A DNA stretch of 64,000 nucleotides from Candidatus Iainarchaeum sp. (GTDB lineage: Archaea; Iainarchaeota; Iainarchaeia; Iainarchaeales; JAGVWC01), in assembly GCA_018304465.1 (NCBI GenBank), contig JAGVWC010000010.1:192001-256000 (forward strand). The letters are read 5' to 3'. This document shows positions 48,623 through 58,305 of the stretch, piece after piece. Both the position numbers and the translations under genes were made by a program. The number at the start of each line of letters is the position of its first letter. The stretch's first letter is position 1. The notes beneath the pieces are model-generated. The model was given only the letters and a program-made list of their open reading frames with translations. It ran no database searches and was not told the DNA's origin.

Positions 48623-49912
48623 ATGTCAGAATCAAAGAACATTTGGAACGGATATGGCTTGCGCGGAAATCCGTTCAATCCAGATCCCCTGCAAGTGTAC
48701 GGCGGAGCGCTCCCGATCGAAGAATCATTCATTGGACGCGAAGAAGAGTTTAAACAGATCACCAAGCACATTCATTCAAACAATACCTCGCGAATCCTCA
48801 TTTACGGAAACATAGGCATTGGGAAAACCACCTTCGCCAATTACGTTCGCTTCGAATCACAAAACGATTATTTCACCCCGCTTGGCGAACTCGGAGTCCA
48901 GTACGATTGGACACCCCAAGACTTCATGTTCAATACTGTACAATATGTCTACTCAACCATCGAACGGAACGAAAGCATCAGGGAAAAATTCAACCCAGAT
49001 ATCCTTCAAGAGCTAAAAGTCCTGTTTGGATCCGAGCGCGGAATTCAAACTGGGATCGGAGCAAACGCATTTGGATTCGGAATCACATCCACCAAAGGAA
49101 AACAATTTGCCCCACAACCCACCAACCCACATGCACTCAAACTGCTTTTCCAAGAAGTATTGGATGAAATCCAACATATAGGATACAAAGGAACCATTAT
49201 TCACTATAATAACCTAGAACTCATCCAAGACAAAGGCGAGAATCAACTCATCAGCATCATGAATGGCATACGCGACTTCTTGCAAGTCGAAGGCGCTCAC
49301 TTCCTGTTCGTGAGTGAAACCAGTTTCTTCGAACTTTTTCACCAGATACCGCGGATAGAAGGAATCTTCAAAACTCCCATCCTGTTGACGGCATTCACAC
49401 CCCAAGAGATTAAAAAGATACTTGAAAAACGTGTCAGTCTTCTTCGGATAAGCTCCGACATTACCCCCATTAACCCCGTAGACGACGAAACGCTCGAGAT
49501 TTTGTACGACTTATATGAAGGAAATCTCCGAGGAATACTTCGAAGCCTCGACTGCGCAATCAACAACATCGAAAGCGCTACCCCCACACAAATCAACCCG
49601 ATGATTCTCAAATACACGCTTTATCATTTCTCAAACAATCGTTTCGTAACCAACCTAAATGCCACTGAAAAAAAAGTATTGAACAAAATACTCGAAAAAA
49701 AAGAAACTACCAACAAAAACCTCTGTGAGGCCTTTGGGATGCTCCCTCAAAATGTCGCGCCCATATTGACGAACCTTCGCGATATTGGTGCCATCCGTCT
49801 CGCACGGACCGAAGCCCAAAAACGGTTCTATTCCCCAAGTCAAGAAGCCCTCTGGCTCAAACTTAATCCCACACTGAACACGCCACTCAATCCATTTTTC
49901 AAAAAGAAGTAG
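48623..49912 (+). CDS. P-loop/AAA-type ATPase with C-terminal winged helix
   Basis: GLRGNPF, FIGREEE, GNIGIGKTT, GNLRGIL, C-terminal wHTH. Confidence 0.85.
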   Translation: MSESKNIWNGYGLRGNPFNPDPLQVYGGALPIEESFIGREEEFKQITKHIHSNNTSRILIYGNIGIGKTTFANYVRFESQNDYFTPLGELGVQYDWTPQDFMFNTVQYVYSTIERNESIREKFNPDILQELKVLFGSERGIQTGIGANAFGFGITSTKGKQFAPQPTNPHALKLLFQEVLDEIQHIGYKGTIIHYNNLELIQDKGENQLISIMNGIRDFLQVEGAHFLFVSETSFFELFHQIPRIEGIFKTPILLTAFTPQEIKKILEKRVSLLRISSDITPINPVDDETLEILYDLYEGNLRGILRSLDCAINNIESATPTQINPMILKYTLYHFSNNRFVTNLNATEKKVLNKILEKKETTNKNLCEAFGMLPQNVAPILTNLRDIGAIRLARTEAQKRFYSPSQEALWLKLNPTLNTPLNPFFKKK

Positions 49913-50022
49913 CCGCCATTTTCCCAAAAGAATAAAAATCAACTTTTTGGTTGAACAAAAATCAACCGCACATATATTACTTCGCGGCGCGGCAATATGT
50001 ATAACGGATAGGCCTATCCAAC

Positions 50023-50358
50023 GTGAAAAAACCCTTTCTTCTCTCGAAGAAAGTACATTCAGGAGGAATAGCCATCCGACTCAACGAACTCGCAGCACTC
50101 AAAATCATGCACCAAAAAATCGCACCAAATACCTTTTCCATGGAACACTACAGCAAAGTATTCAACGTGCTCACCTTAGGCGACTGCACCATCCACGAAA
50201 TCAGCCAATTCGCCGAACTCAACGAAAAAACCGTCGAATACCTCATCCAAAACCTGGCGCAAAACCACATCGTCAACCGAAACGACCACATCGTACACCT
50301 GAATTGTTCTCCCCAATGGTTGCTTTCGCAACTCCAAAAAAACGGAGGACACCGATGA
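50023..50358 (+). CDS. Small wHTH protein
   Basis: TIHEISQFAELNEKTVEYLIQNL...IV. Confidence 0.6.
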   Translation: MKKPFLLSKKVHSGGIAIRLNELAALKIMHQKIAPNTFSMEHYSKVFNVLTLGDCTIHEISQFAELNEKTVEYLIQNLAQNHIVNRNDHIVHLNCSPQWLLSQLQKNGGHR

Positions 50359-50645
50359 AACCATCGGAAAACACCTGGAACCTCTGCACGTACTGCCACA
50401 AACTCGAACTGGGAAACGAAACCCGCTTCAAACAAAAACACGCCCCCTGCAAAATAGATCCCAACCCCACGCTTGCCAACCGGTTTCTAACACTCAAACA
50501 CTACATCGAAGAACAACTCGAACTACAACCCGGACAAATCGAAATCAACCGCACGAAAAACCACATCAAAATGAGTTTTTTATTTGAAAATCCACCAAAA
50601 AAACAAACCGCCCCTTCGGCAGTTGACGAAAAAAACATCCGATAA
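50355..50645 (+). CDS. Small Cys/His-containing hypothetical protein
   Basis: ATGA-coupled to the previous gene, GGAGG SD; CTYCH...HAPC. Confidence 0.6.
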   Translation: MKPSENTWNLCTYCHKLELGNETRFKQKHAPCKIDPNPTLANRFLTLKHYIEEQLELQPGQIEINRTKNHIKMSFLFENPPKKQTAPSAVDEKNIR

Positions 50646-50673
50646 ACCACGCGTATTCCCCCAAAGAATACAT

Positions 50674-52512
50674 ATGAAAAATGCGCTCGAATGGACTCTG
50701 ATCATCGGACTAATCGCAGTAAGCGGAACCATTCTGTTATTTCCATCCGCTAATTCCGAAGCAACGATTTCACCCACCCTGTTTCAACTGAACACTACCA
50801 CCGATCAAAACACCCTAACCACACTGGACACTTTCGGCACCAATATACGATTTGACATGTTGGTGACCGACCAATTTTTTTCGCCACTGTCCGGAGTACT
50901 CATTGGAATCATTCCCAGCTACAACCCCACCAAAATCGGATCCGTAATATCTACTCCCCAAGGAAACGCATCCTACACCGACACCCATGTTCCGCCCGGA
51001 GTTCACAAATACCGTTTGATTGGATCCAAAGTCGGATATCAGAACGGCTACATGGAAAAAAACATAGTGATTCCATCAGGACATCTAGTGAATGTAGAAG
51101 TTTTTGATTCAGCGGGGAATCCAGTTCCGGATGCTTTTTTAGTGGTGAATGGAGAAGAAAAAAAGCGAACCAATCCAAATGGAAAAGTTAACTTGAATTT
51201 TTTTTCGGGAACGTATGTGTTGCAAGCAAAAACAAATAACGGATATATCTGTGAATCCAAAACAATCACAATTACAACCCCACAATCCGTCCGGTTCTCT
51301 TGTCCGGTGGGAAACCTGGTTGTTCGAGTGTTTTCCCCCGATTACGCTCCAATCGCAAATGCATATATTCAACTTGATCAACAACCATCCCAACTCACCA
51401 ATGCCAGCGGAGCCCATTTTTTTAAAAACCAAGCATTTGGAAACCACCTCGTCACTATTTTTTTAAAAATCAAAGAAACTCCCGAAACCCAACCCAAAGA
51501 ATTTTTTACCCAAACAACAGTAAACCTTTCAGAGGATCTTGTGCTAAAAGAATTCCAACTCGCCCCCAATTCAATTCAAGTTTTGGATACTTCAACCGAA
51601 ATGTTGGTTCTATCCGTTGATTCGAATCAATCAAAAAGACTACCCAACGACATCTCCACTGAAAATGCAATAGTCATCAAAGGAAAAATGAACATCAACC
51701 AATCCCAAGAAACCCCCATAACAGATCCTCTGCACTCCGACACCTGCTACAAAAAGTATCTATTAACCGGAGAATGGCCCACCACTGAATGCTCCGCTAC
51801 CAACACAATTTGGATCGGAACCGATTCGATAACTCAAACCATCAACACAAACCCCTTCGCCTACACCTGCGGAGACCAAAAATGCAGTCAAAATTTGGGA
51901 GTTATTCTTACACAGTATATTGTTCCTCCACTAAAAGAATTTTTTACTGGTACAGATGGAGGAAGGTATTTTCGCATTTCCTATACTGAAAAAGGAAAGG
52001 GTCAAGATCTTGAAGCCTGTTTAAACAAATTGGGAATAGCGAAAGACGAAATTATTCAGCACATCAACAACAAGATTCTTATCCCCCATACCCCGATAGA
52101 GAAATACAATCAGCATATTGGGCAATATAGAGAGAATGGGTTAGATTGCAGTGTCTTCTATGAATCGGTTGCATTTAAAGAAAGCGGCGGTACAAAAGGT
52201 TGTGAAAAAAGTTGCGAACCGCCAGAAAAGTATATCCGAAATCCCCCAATAAGTTATCCGTCTTTTATTCCAACAGAGCATTTAGACGATTGGGTTGAAA
52301 GAATAATTAGACATAACAACGTCGAAAATGGGTGGCCTACATTAGATAGGTTTAAACCTTTTTCAGACATTGGAATAATTATCGTGGAAGGAGCAGGGGT
52401 AGCTGCGGGAGCACTAATACTATGGGAAGCTACAAAACCTGTTCGATGCTTACTTGCCGCTTTTTTAGCTCCTGAAACAATTGGAGGAAGTGTAGTATTA
52501 TGCGTAAGTTGA
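50674..52512 (+). CDS. Secreted protein with carboxypeptidase-regulatory-like beta domains and a variable C-terminal (toxin-like) region
   Basis: Signal peptide; repeated V.V.D..G.P...A.......T...G units; C-terminal GAGVAAGAL...APETIGGS. Confidence 0.7.
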   Translation: MKNALEWTLIIGLIAVSGTILLFPSANSEATISPTLFQLNTTTDQNTLTTLDTFGTNIRFDMLVTDQFFSPLSGVLIGIIPSYNPTKIGSVISTPQGNASYTDTHVPPGVHKYRLIGSKVGYQNGYMEKNIVIPSGHLVNVEVFDSAGNPVPDAFLVVNGEEKKRTNPNGKVNLNFFSGTYVLQAKTNNGYICESKTITITTPQSVRFSCPVGNLVVRVFSPDYAPIANAYIQLDQQPSQLTNASGAHFFKNQAFGNHLVTIFLKIKETPETQPKEFFTQTTVNLSEDLVLKEFQLAPNSIQVLDTSTEMLVLSVDSNQSKRLPNDISTENAIVIKGKMNINQSQETPITDPLHSDTCYKKYLLTGEWPTTECSATNTIWIGTDSITQTINTNPFAYTCGDQKCSQNLGVILTQYIVPPLKEFFTGTDGGRYFRISYTEKGKGQDLEACLNKLGIAKDEIIQHINNKILIPHTPIEKYNQHIGQYRENGLDCSVFYESVAFKESGGTKGCEKSCEPPEKYIRNPPISYPSFIPTEHLDDWVERIIRHNNVENGWPTLDRFKPFSDIGIIIVEGAGVAAGALILWEATKPVRCLLAAFLAPETIGGSVVLCVS

Positions 52513-52517
52513 CAAAC

Positions 52518-53042
52518 ATGGAAAAAAAGTTCGATGTCAGCTTAGTTCTGGCTAACACTAAAAATGCCAATAACCTAAAACTTCTGTATGAAATATTGTG
52601 TTTCTGTAAAGAAATCGGTGCAGTAACCCTTGAAATAGAGTTTGTGAACCCAGATATCTTTACGGGAAAAGATTTTGTTAATCCAGTTTTTTTCGATCGC
52701 CTAAAGGTGTGCGTTAGCCTGCCAGGAGAACGGGTTCGATACGAAAAACCAAAAAGAAAAGAGGAAATAGGCCATGAAAAATTGCATTATCTTAAAGCTA
52801 ATTTTGACTCTCTTTTTATTGAGTGGTATAAAGAAAATAGCCTAATGACTTTTAACGTATTTAATTTGCAATTATTTGACAAAAACGGATCCGTTGTTGC
52901 AGACTTTACCGACGATCAGCTTAGTATTCACATATATTCTTTGAGTAAACAAGAGTTAGAAAAAGTAAGAAAAATTGCGAAAAAATATTCCGTAGATAGT
53001 ACTACTGACACGGCTAAAACCTTAATAAAAAAATGGCACTAG
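52518..53042 (+). CDS. Hypothetical protein (immunity-like)
   Basis: AT-rich ORF starting 5 nt after the secreted gene. Confidence 0.6.
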   Translation: MEKKFDVSLVLANTKNANNLKLLYEILCFCKEIGAVTLEIEFVNPDIFTGKDFVNPVFFDRLKVCVSLPGERVRYEKPKRKEEIGHEKLHYLKANFDSLFIEWYKENSLMTFNVFNLQLFDKNGSVVADFTDDQLSIHIYSLSKQELEKVRKIAKKYSVDSTTDTAKTLIKKWH

Positions 53043-53069
53043 GGACTTCGCCCATATGACCCTAAGTAA

Positions 53070-53750
53070 GCGTGTGTTCCACCAAACCCGAATGCTCCAA
53101 ATGCGTATCCGTATAATGCATTTCATCGCAATTACCACAAGCATAATAAGGCTGACATTGGGGATCACAAGATGCAAAAAGGGATCGAATACGAATATTT
53201 TGCCGACGAAAATGAAGGCAGCATACGGTTTTTGTTTCAGGGCACAGGCAGACTTGACGCACTTGAAGTCGTGAAACGTATCGTAGGAAAAAAAAGTGCA
53301 GAAATTCCCGCAAACCAATACCTCGGAAAAGAATTCATATATGAAGGACAACGACTGGTGCTGTCGTTTGCAAAAAACGGTGTGAACATAAACATCAAAA
53401 GAGTTGGTGGCCAAGTATTTGGTGAAATGGATGGCCTCCTGCTAAAAGACAATACCGTCGTAATACTAGAATCAAAAACAGGCACCGTGGCCAAAATAGT
53501 GGAAGACTTGAGCACGCAGCTACCAAGAAACATTAATGCCATCAACAACCTTTCTCAAAAAACAACAACAGAAGCGCTTATCGCGATCCCAAAAGGCACA
53601 ACCGAAGAAATAAAAGCGCTTGCAATAAACAATTCCAATCTCAACGCGCTCATCAACCAAGGAAAAATACATTTCATTGAAATAACGCAGACAAGCGATG
53701 AACTGCTTGCAACTGCGAATACGGTAAAAGACCTTATAGGTGGCGGGTAG
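53070..53750 (+). CDS. PD-(D/E)XK nuclease-like cassette (first ATG 53172; frame open from 53070)
   Basis: GEMDGLLLKDNTVVILESKTG...TQL matches the E-x-D...E-x-K pattern. Confidence 0.65.
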   Translation, partial: ACVPPNPNAPNAYPYNAFHRNYHKHNKADIGDHKMQKGIEYEYFADENEGSIRFLFQGTGRLDALEVVKRIVGKKSAEIPANQYLGKEFIYEGQRLVLSFAKNGVNINIKRVGGQVFGEMDGLLLKDNTVVILESKTGTVAKIVEDLSTQLPRNINAINNLSQKTTTEALIAIPKGTTEEIKALAINNSNLNALINQGKIHFIEITQTSDELLATANTVKDLIGGG

Positions 53751-54455
53751 ATGAAGGACGATACGATTAGAGAAGAATACCTAAAACTAAATAAAGACCA
53801 TGAATCGTTAAAAGAGCAAAAAAGGCCCGGAAATGCGCATTTGGGGGGATTTTATGTACGATTAGATCCGAATCGAGGAACCTCTTTATCTGGCTCAGTA
53901 AGCGAGTTCGGTGTTTGCGATTTTAGTTATGAGGAAAGAAAATTTTTTTCAGAAGAAGATCGGCAAAAAAAAGTATCCAAATTAATTGAAACCTTCGGAT
54001 ACGCAATCAGTCTTATTTTTCTGAGTTTTGGAGAGAGTGATATCGTTATTTGGCTACAACTCCCACTTGGCAGAAAAGAAATCCAAGAAATCCTGGATTT
54101 TCTACCTTCGACAGGGACATTCAAAAAATACGAAACCCCAATCATACACACCTTGGCAAATGACGAGCAAGTACAAAAAGCACGCAACGATTTTTATCAA
54201 AAACTTTCTGAATGTGTCGACGGCCAGCAGACCGAACATTGGCGTTTTTCGAAAGACATCGAACAAGAAAAAAAAACCGCGTTTCAAATAACCATAAACG
54301 AAGTAAAAAACATTCAAATAGGCAAAACAACAGGACACAACATTACGCTGGAATTTATGAAAAACTGCTCTACTTTTAAAAAATACATTTTCCCCCTTGA
54401 AGAAAAAAGTTTCAAAAAAACAATTGAAAGGATTCGAAATGCGCAGGTAAAATAA
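53751..54455 (+). CDS. Hypothetical protein (immunity-like)
   Basis: Starts immediately after the nuclease stop codon. Confidence 0.6.
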   Translation: MKDDTIREEYLKLNKDHESLKEQKRPGNAHLGGFYVRLDPNRGTSLSGSVSEFGVCDFSYEERKFFSEEDRQKKVSKLIETFGYAISLIFLSFGESDIVIWLQLPLGRKEIQEILDFLPSTGTFKKYETPIIHTLANDEQVQKARNDFYQKLSECVDGQQTEHWRFSKDIEQEKKTAFQITINEVKNIQIGKTTGHNITLEFMKNCSTFKKYIFPLEEKSFKKTIERIRNAQVK

Positions 54456-54534
54456 CGGGTAAATTCATCAGGATACACAAAATATAAAATTTGAGTATTT
54501 AGAGATAAAAACCGCAACTAGTGGAGGGGGATAC

Positions 54535-54798
54535 ATGAGTTGGATCACAGTATTATTCGGCATCGGGGGAATCGCATTGGTAGGATATGGAGTTTATGTA
54601 CTTTACCGGGTCCCAAAGCAGCTGCGCGAAGGAAAAACGCGTCTTACTGGAAAACTCATTACTATGGGTACCCCAGATATTGAAAAGGAAAAAAATCGGA
54701 CAACTTTTTGGGAAGTTACGCTGTGGAATATTATTCGAGGGATTCTCTCGATTATATTTGGGGCGTTTCTCGTTCTCAGTATGCTTTCAAATCTTTGA
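54535..54798 (+). CDS. Small two-TM membrane protein
   Basis: GGAGGGG SD; two hydrophobic helices. Confidence 0.65.
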   Translation: MSWITVLFGIGGIALVGYGVYVLYRVPKQLREGKTRLTGKLITMGTPDIEKEKNRTTFWEVTLWNIIRGILSIIFGAFLVLSMLSNL

Positions 54799-54833
54799 AA
54801 TAATAGTTAACCTCAAAGTATGAGGGCCTTGGA

Positions 54834-55688
54834 TCACGGAAAAGAATTTGCATGAACTGACTTTGGAAATAAGTTGATTCCTTCGGTTCGCAGTTGTTCC
54901 GCCAAAATAGGATTCCGTGTAATAACCATTTTGATCGAGACGTTTTCCATGTAAAGCGAATAGACTTTTGCCATGTCGAACTGTTCCATTGATTTTGTTT
55001 TTTCAAACAACGCATTTAATCGTTGTTTAAACTCCGTTGGATAAAAAATTTGAGCCACATAATCCCCTTCAATCACCAAATCACCGTCCGCCGGATAAGT
55101 GACCTGATGAATGGATTGCTTGCCCATCTTTTGGGTAAACGTATTCCCAAACTGGTCCAACACCCCAGCACCATGATACAACCCATAATAGGGAACTTGA
55201 AAAATTTTTTTCACTTGCTCCAAATCGCTTGGATCCAAACCCACCGGAAGCCAAGGATGACCCAACAGGCAAACACGAGATTTTTTATCCGGATTAGGAA
55301 ATTGATCATTAAAGACCCAAATAACAAAACGAATTAACTCAACCATACTATGGAATTCCAAATTCAGCACCTCTTTTTGCAACCAATCGGAAGGCAAAGA
55401 ATAATTGGAATAGGATTGTAGACGCGCACTAAACGCCTTTACATTTAATATCCACTCAGCACTTAACGAAAATTTCGACCCGTTTTTGACAACGACCCGC
55501 TCACCCTCCAAACTATGAAGCATTTTATGAACCGCTTGGTAGGAAGCTGAAATGGCATATTCTTTTTTGATATCCGAAAATATTTCCTTCAAACTCAAAG
55601 GATGCCGAACGCTAAGTAAACTAATAATCGCGTCTTTTGTTGAAAGTGTTTTTTTCCCAAAACCTGGCAGAACAATCGAAAGAGCCAT
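54834..55688 (-). CDS. wHTH regulator, paralog 1
   Basis: STKDAIISLL...PLSLKEI...SYQAVHKML..L....VV......LSAEW. Confidence 0.75.
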   Translation of the reverse strand: MALSIVLPGFGKKTLSTKDAIISLLSVRHPLSLKEIFSDIKKEYAISASYQAVHKMLHSLEGERVVVKNGSKFSLSAEWILNVKAFSARLQSYSNYSLPSDWLQKEVLNLEFHSMVELIRFVIWVFNDQFPNPDKKSRVCLLGHPWLPVGLDPSDLEQVKKIFQVPYYGLYHGAGVLDQFGNTFTQKMGKQSIHQVTYPADGDLVIEGDYVAQIFYPTEFKQRLNALFEKTKSMEQFDMAKVYSLYMENVSIKMVITRNPILAEQLRTEGINLFPKSVHANSFP

Positions 55689-55782
55689 CCAAATCACTAC
55701 GTATAGAACATACAAAACATCGATAACCGGATTTATAAACATAACCAAGTAAAAAGTAGATAAAACTCAGATTCTGATTTAC

Positions 55783-56790
55783 GTGGCCAAAAAAACCGTA
55801 AAAGATGCCTATGAAAGCATCTTCAAAAAAAGCGTCAAAGCCAGCGGAATATCCGTCAAAGGACTTGATTTTAACCAAGAAGTCACCTTGGAAAAACTGA
55901 TTAACGCGCTTGGAACCAGCGGATTCCAAGCCACGCATTTAAGCCGCGCCATCGAAATCGTCAAAAAAATGCGCAAAGACAAAGTAACGATTTTCTTAGG
56001 ATATACCTCCAACCAAGTATCCAGCGGAAACCGCGACATCATCCGCTATCTGGTTCAACACAAACTCGTGGACTGCTTGGTCAGCACCGCCGGCGGAATC
56101 GAAGAAGACTTCATCAAAACCCACGCTCCGTTTTTCATTTCCGATTTTCGACTCGACGGCGCGAAACTACGCGAAAAAGGAATCAACCGCATCGGAAACC
56201 TGCTCGCACCCAACGAGCGCTACATCTGGTTCGAAAAATTCTTCCAACCGATCCTCCAAGAACTGCTTGACGAACAACTCAACACCGGACACATTTTTTC
56301 CCCCAGCGAAATCATCGACAAAATGGGAGAAAAAATCAACCACGAAGAATCAATTTATTACTGGGCCCACCAAAACAAAATCCCGGTTTTCTCTCCAGCA
56401 TTCATGGACGGAGCCATCGGCGACAACTGCTACTTTTTCAACTACAACAAACAAAAAAAATTATTCATCGACCAAATCGCAGACCATCACCGCCTGATCG
56501 AAAAAACACTCGACTCCAAAGAAACCGGACTCATCATACTAGGCGCCGGCCTCGTCAAACACACCCTGCTAAACGCCAACATGTACCGCGAAGGCGCCAA
56601 ATACACCGTCTACATGAACACCTCCAGCGAATACGACGGAAGCGACAGCGGCGCCGAACCCGAAGAAGCCAAAAGCTGGGGCAAAATCGCAGCAGACGCC
56701 AACACGGTAAAAGTAGTTGGGGACACGACAGTGTTGTTTCCCTTAGTGGTAACAGTTGCATTAAGGCACTTTCAAAAAGCAAAAAAATAG
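55783..56790 (+). CDS. dys: Deoxyhypusine synthase
   Basis: GFQATHL, FLGYTSN, TAGGIEED, INRIGN, YDGSDSGA.PEEA.SWGK. Confidence 0.95.
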   Translation: MAKKTVKDAYESIFKKSVKASGISVKGLDFNQEVTLEKLINALGTSGFQATHLSRAIEIVKKMRKDKVTIFLGYTSNQVSSGNRDIIRYLVQHKLVDCLVSTAGGIEEDFIKTHAPFFISDFRLDGAKLREKGINRIGNLLAPNERYIWFEKFFQPILQELLDEQLNTGHIFSPSEIIDKMGEKINHEESIYYWAHQNKIPVFSPAFMDGAIGDNCYFFNYNKQKKLFIDQIADHHRLIEKTLDSKETGLIILGAGLVKHTLLNANMYREGAKYTVYMNTSSEYDGSDSGAEPEEAKSWGKIAADANTVKVVGDTTVLFPLVVTVALRHFQKAKK

Positions 56791-56804
56791 TGTAGGATAG
56801 TTAT

Positions 56805-57497
56805 TCAAAAATCCAGTAAACCACGTATATCAGTTTTATTTTTGACTATTGGCCATTTTCTTTGTTCAGCAATTTCAGAAAGTTTTTTGTCGGGGTTCAC
56901 AGTAACTGGATGTCCCACATGTTCTAAAACAGGAAGATCTTGTGAGGTATCTCCAAACCCAAACGAAGATTCTATGTCAATATTATACTTTTTTATCAAA
57001 GCATAGAACAAAGTTTCTTTATTTTCACGAATTACTAGATTCGTTTTGACATTCCCCGAATAAACACCATCAACAATCTCGCATTCTGTCCCATATAAAT
57101 CATCAAAGCCCAAGTATTTCAATTGTTTTATTACTTCGATAGGGGAACCGCTCATTGCAAGGACCAAATAACCTTTTTGTTTCATTAGTTTTACAAGTTG
57201 TTTTGAGTGTTCAAAAATATTTTTTTTGTATATAGCCATGAATGCTGCCCCCAATTTTTCAACTTTTTGGTGATCGCATCCTTTTAACCCTCTCGCAAAC
57301 ACTTGCGGGAGTTCGGTTGCAACTTCAGCAGCACTTTTTGTTCCTTTAATATATTCTGATAAAAGAAGTTGTATTTTTTTATTGGATTCGGAGCCTATGC
57401 ACCCTTGTTGGTCCAAATACTTTGGAAATTCACAAATGATAAAACCTTTAACAAGTACACCATCAATGTCAAATATTGCTGCTTTTTGCGCATGCAT
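56805..57497 (-). CDS. HAD-IB (PSP-like) phosphatase
   Basis: FDIDGVL, MSGS, K, GFGDTSQD...VGHP..VNPD. Confidence 0.9.
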   Translation of the reverse strand: MHAQKAAIFDIDGVLVKGFIICEFPKYLDQQGCIGSESNKKIQLLLSEYIKGTKSAAEVATELPQVFARGLKGCDHQKVEKLGAAFMAIYKKNIFEHSKQLVKLMKQKGYLVLAMSGSPIEVIKQLKYLGFDDLYGTECEIVDGVYSGNVKTNLVIRENKETLFYALIKKYNIDIESSFGFGDTSQDLPVLEHVGHPVTVNPDKKLSEIAEQRKWPIVKNKTDIRGLLDF

Positions 57498-57522
57498 ACA
57501 AAAGTTCTCCTGTAAAATAATG

Positions 57523-58302
57523 TTAAAATATCTTGCCAGGATATTTATTTGCCAGAGAAACCATTTTTTTCAAGGTTTCAATACCTTTTGGTTCTTCAAT
57601 GAGTTTACCAACATGAATAGCGTCAGCCTTATGTTTAAACATAAGATCAGCATCTTCAGGCGTTAAAATGCCACTAGTTGGAATAATAAATAAATTCGTC
57701 TTTCTTGCCAATAATTCAACATGTGTTGCTGGCGGCCCAAGTTCGCTACCGGATCCACCAGCCATGATATATATTCGCATACCTAAATATTGGGCTGCTA
57801 AAGCGACAGATAAACTAATTTCGGGTTTTTCTCTTGGAATTGGAACGGCGCGTGCCAGCCAGTTAGCTGTTCGCATTGACCCCCGATCATCAAATACATA
57901 CGCAGTAGGAATTGGTTCAAGAGTATTAGGCGTAACAGCAACTGAGTTCATTACCAACACATCACGCAAGAAAAATGGATTTTCTGAGTTCAAAACAGAC
58001 ATCCAATAAATTGCGGTTTTCCCTTCGTGGCCATTTAAAAAACACACTGCACTATTAGTCGGATAGGTTACTGTAGAAAAGTTATAATCCTTTACAGCCA
58101 TATCTTGCACTATTTGTAATTTTTGTGGAGTGATAATGCTTCCGCCAAGCGCAATATGTTGAATACCCAAATCAGAGATCGCTTGAAAAATTTTTGAAAT
58201 TACTTCTACAGGAAGTTTGTCAGGATCTATTTGTGGGATCACTAGCGGGTGATCCTCTCGAAGAGAATAGATTTTTTTTTCTACTTTTCCAAGGCGTTCC
58301 AT
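57523..58302 (-). CDS. Geranylgeranylglyceryl-phosphate synthase (GGGPS/PcrB)-family homologue, active site divergent
   Basis: IDPDK, LGGS, MSVLNSENPF, PIPREKPEI, AAQYLGM, ADAI.VG. The YLEAGSG motif appears as IMAGGSG. Confidence 0.82.
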   Translation of the reverse strand: MERLGKVEKKIYSLREDHPLVIPQIDPDKLPVEVISKIFQAISDLGIQHIALGGSIITPQKLQIVQDMAVKDYNFSTVTYPTNSAVCFLNGHEGKTAIYWMSVLNSENPFFLRDVLVMNSVAVTPNTLEPIPTAYVFDDRGSMRTANWLARAVPIPREKPEISLSVALAAQYLGMRIYIMAGGSGSELGPPATHVELLARKTNLFIIPTSGILTPEDADLMFKHKADAIHVGKLIEEPKGIETLKKMVSLANKYPGKIF

Positions 58303-58305
58303 TGT

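Noticed and set aside
48355-49912. Cdc6/Orc1 with replication origin
   Set aside because: The protein lacks recognisable Cdc6 motifs (no hhhDEhD) and I found no ORB-like repeats in the AT-rich region.
53040-53069. Stop-codon readthrough joining 52518-53042 to the nuclease cassette
   Set aside because: Same frame, but two different stops (TAG and TAA) intervene, and TAG/TAA/TGA all terminate conserved genes here.
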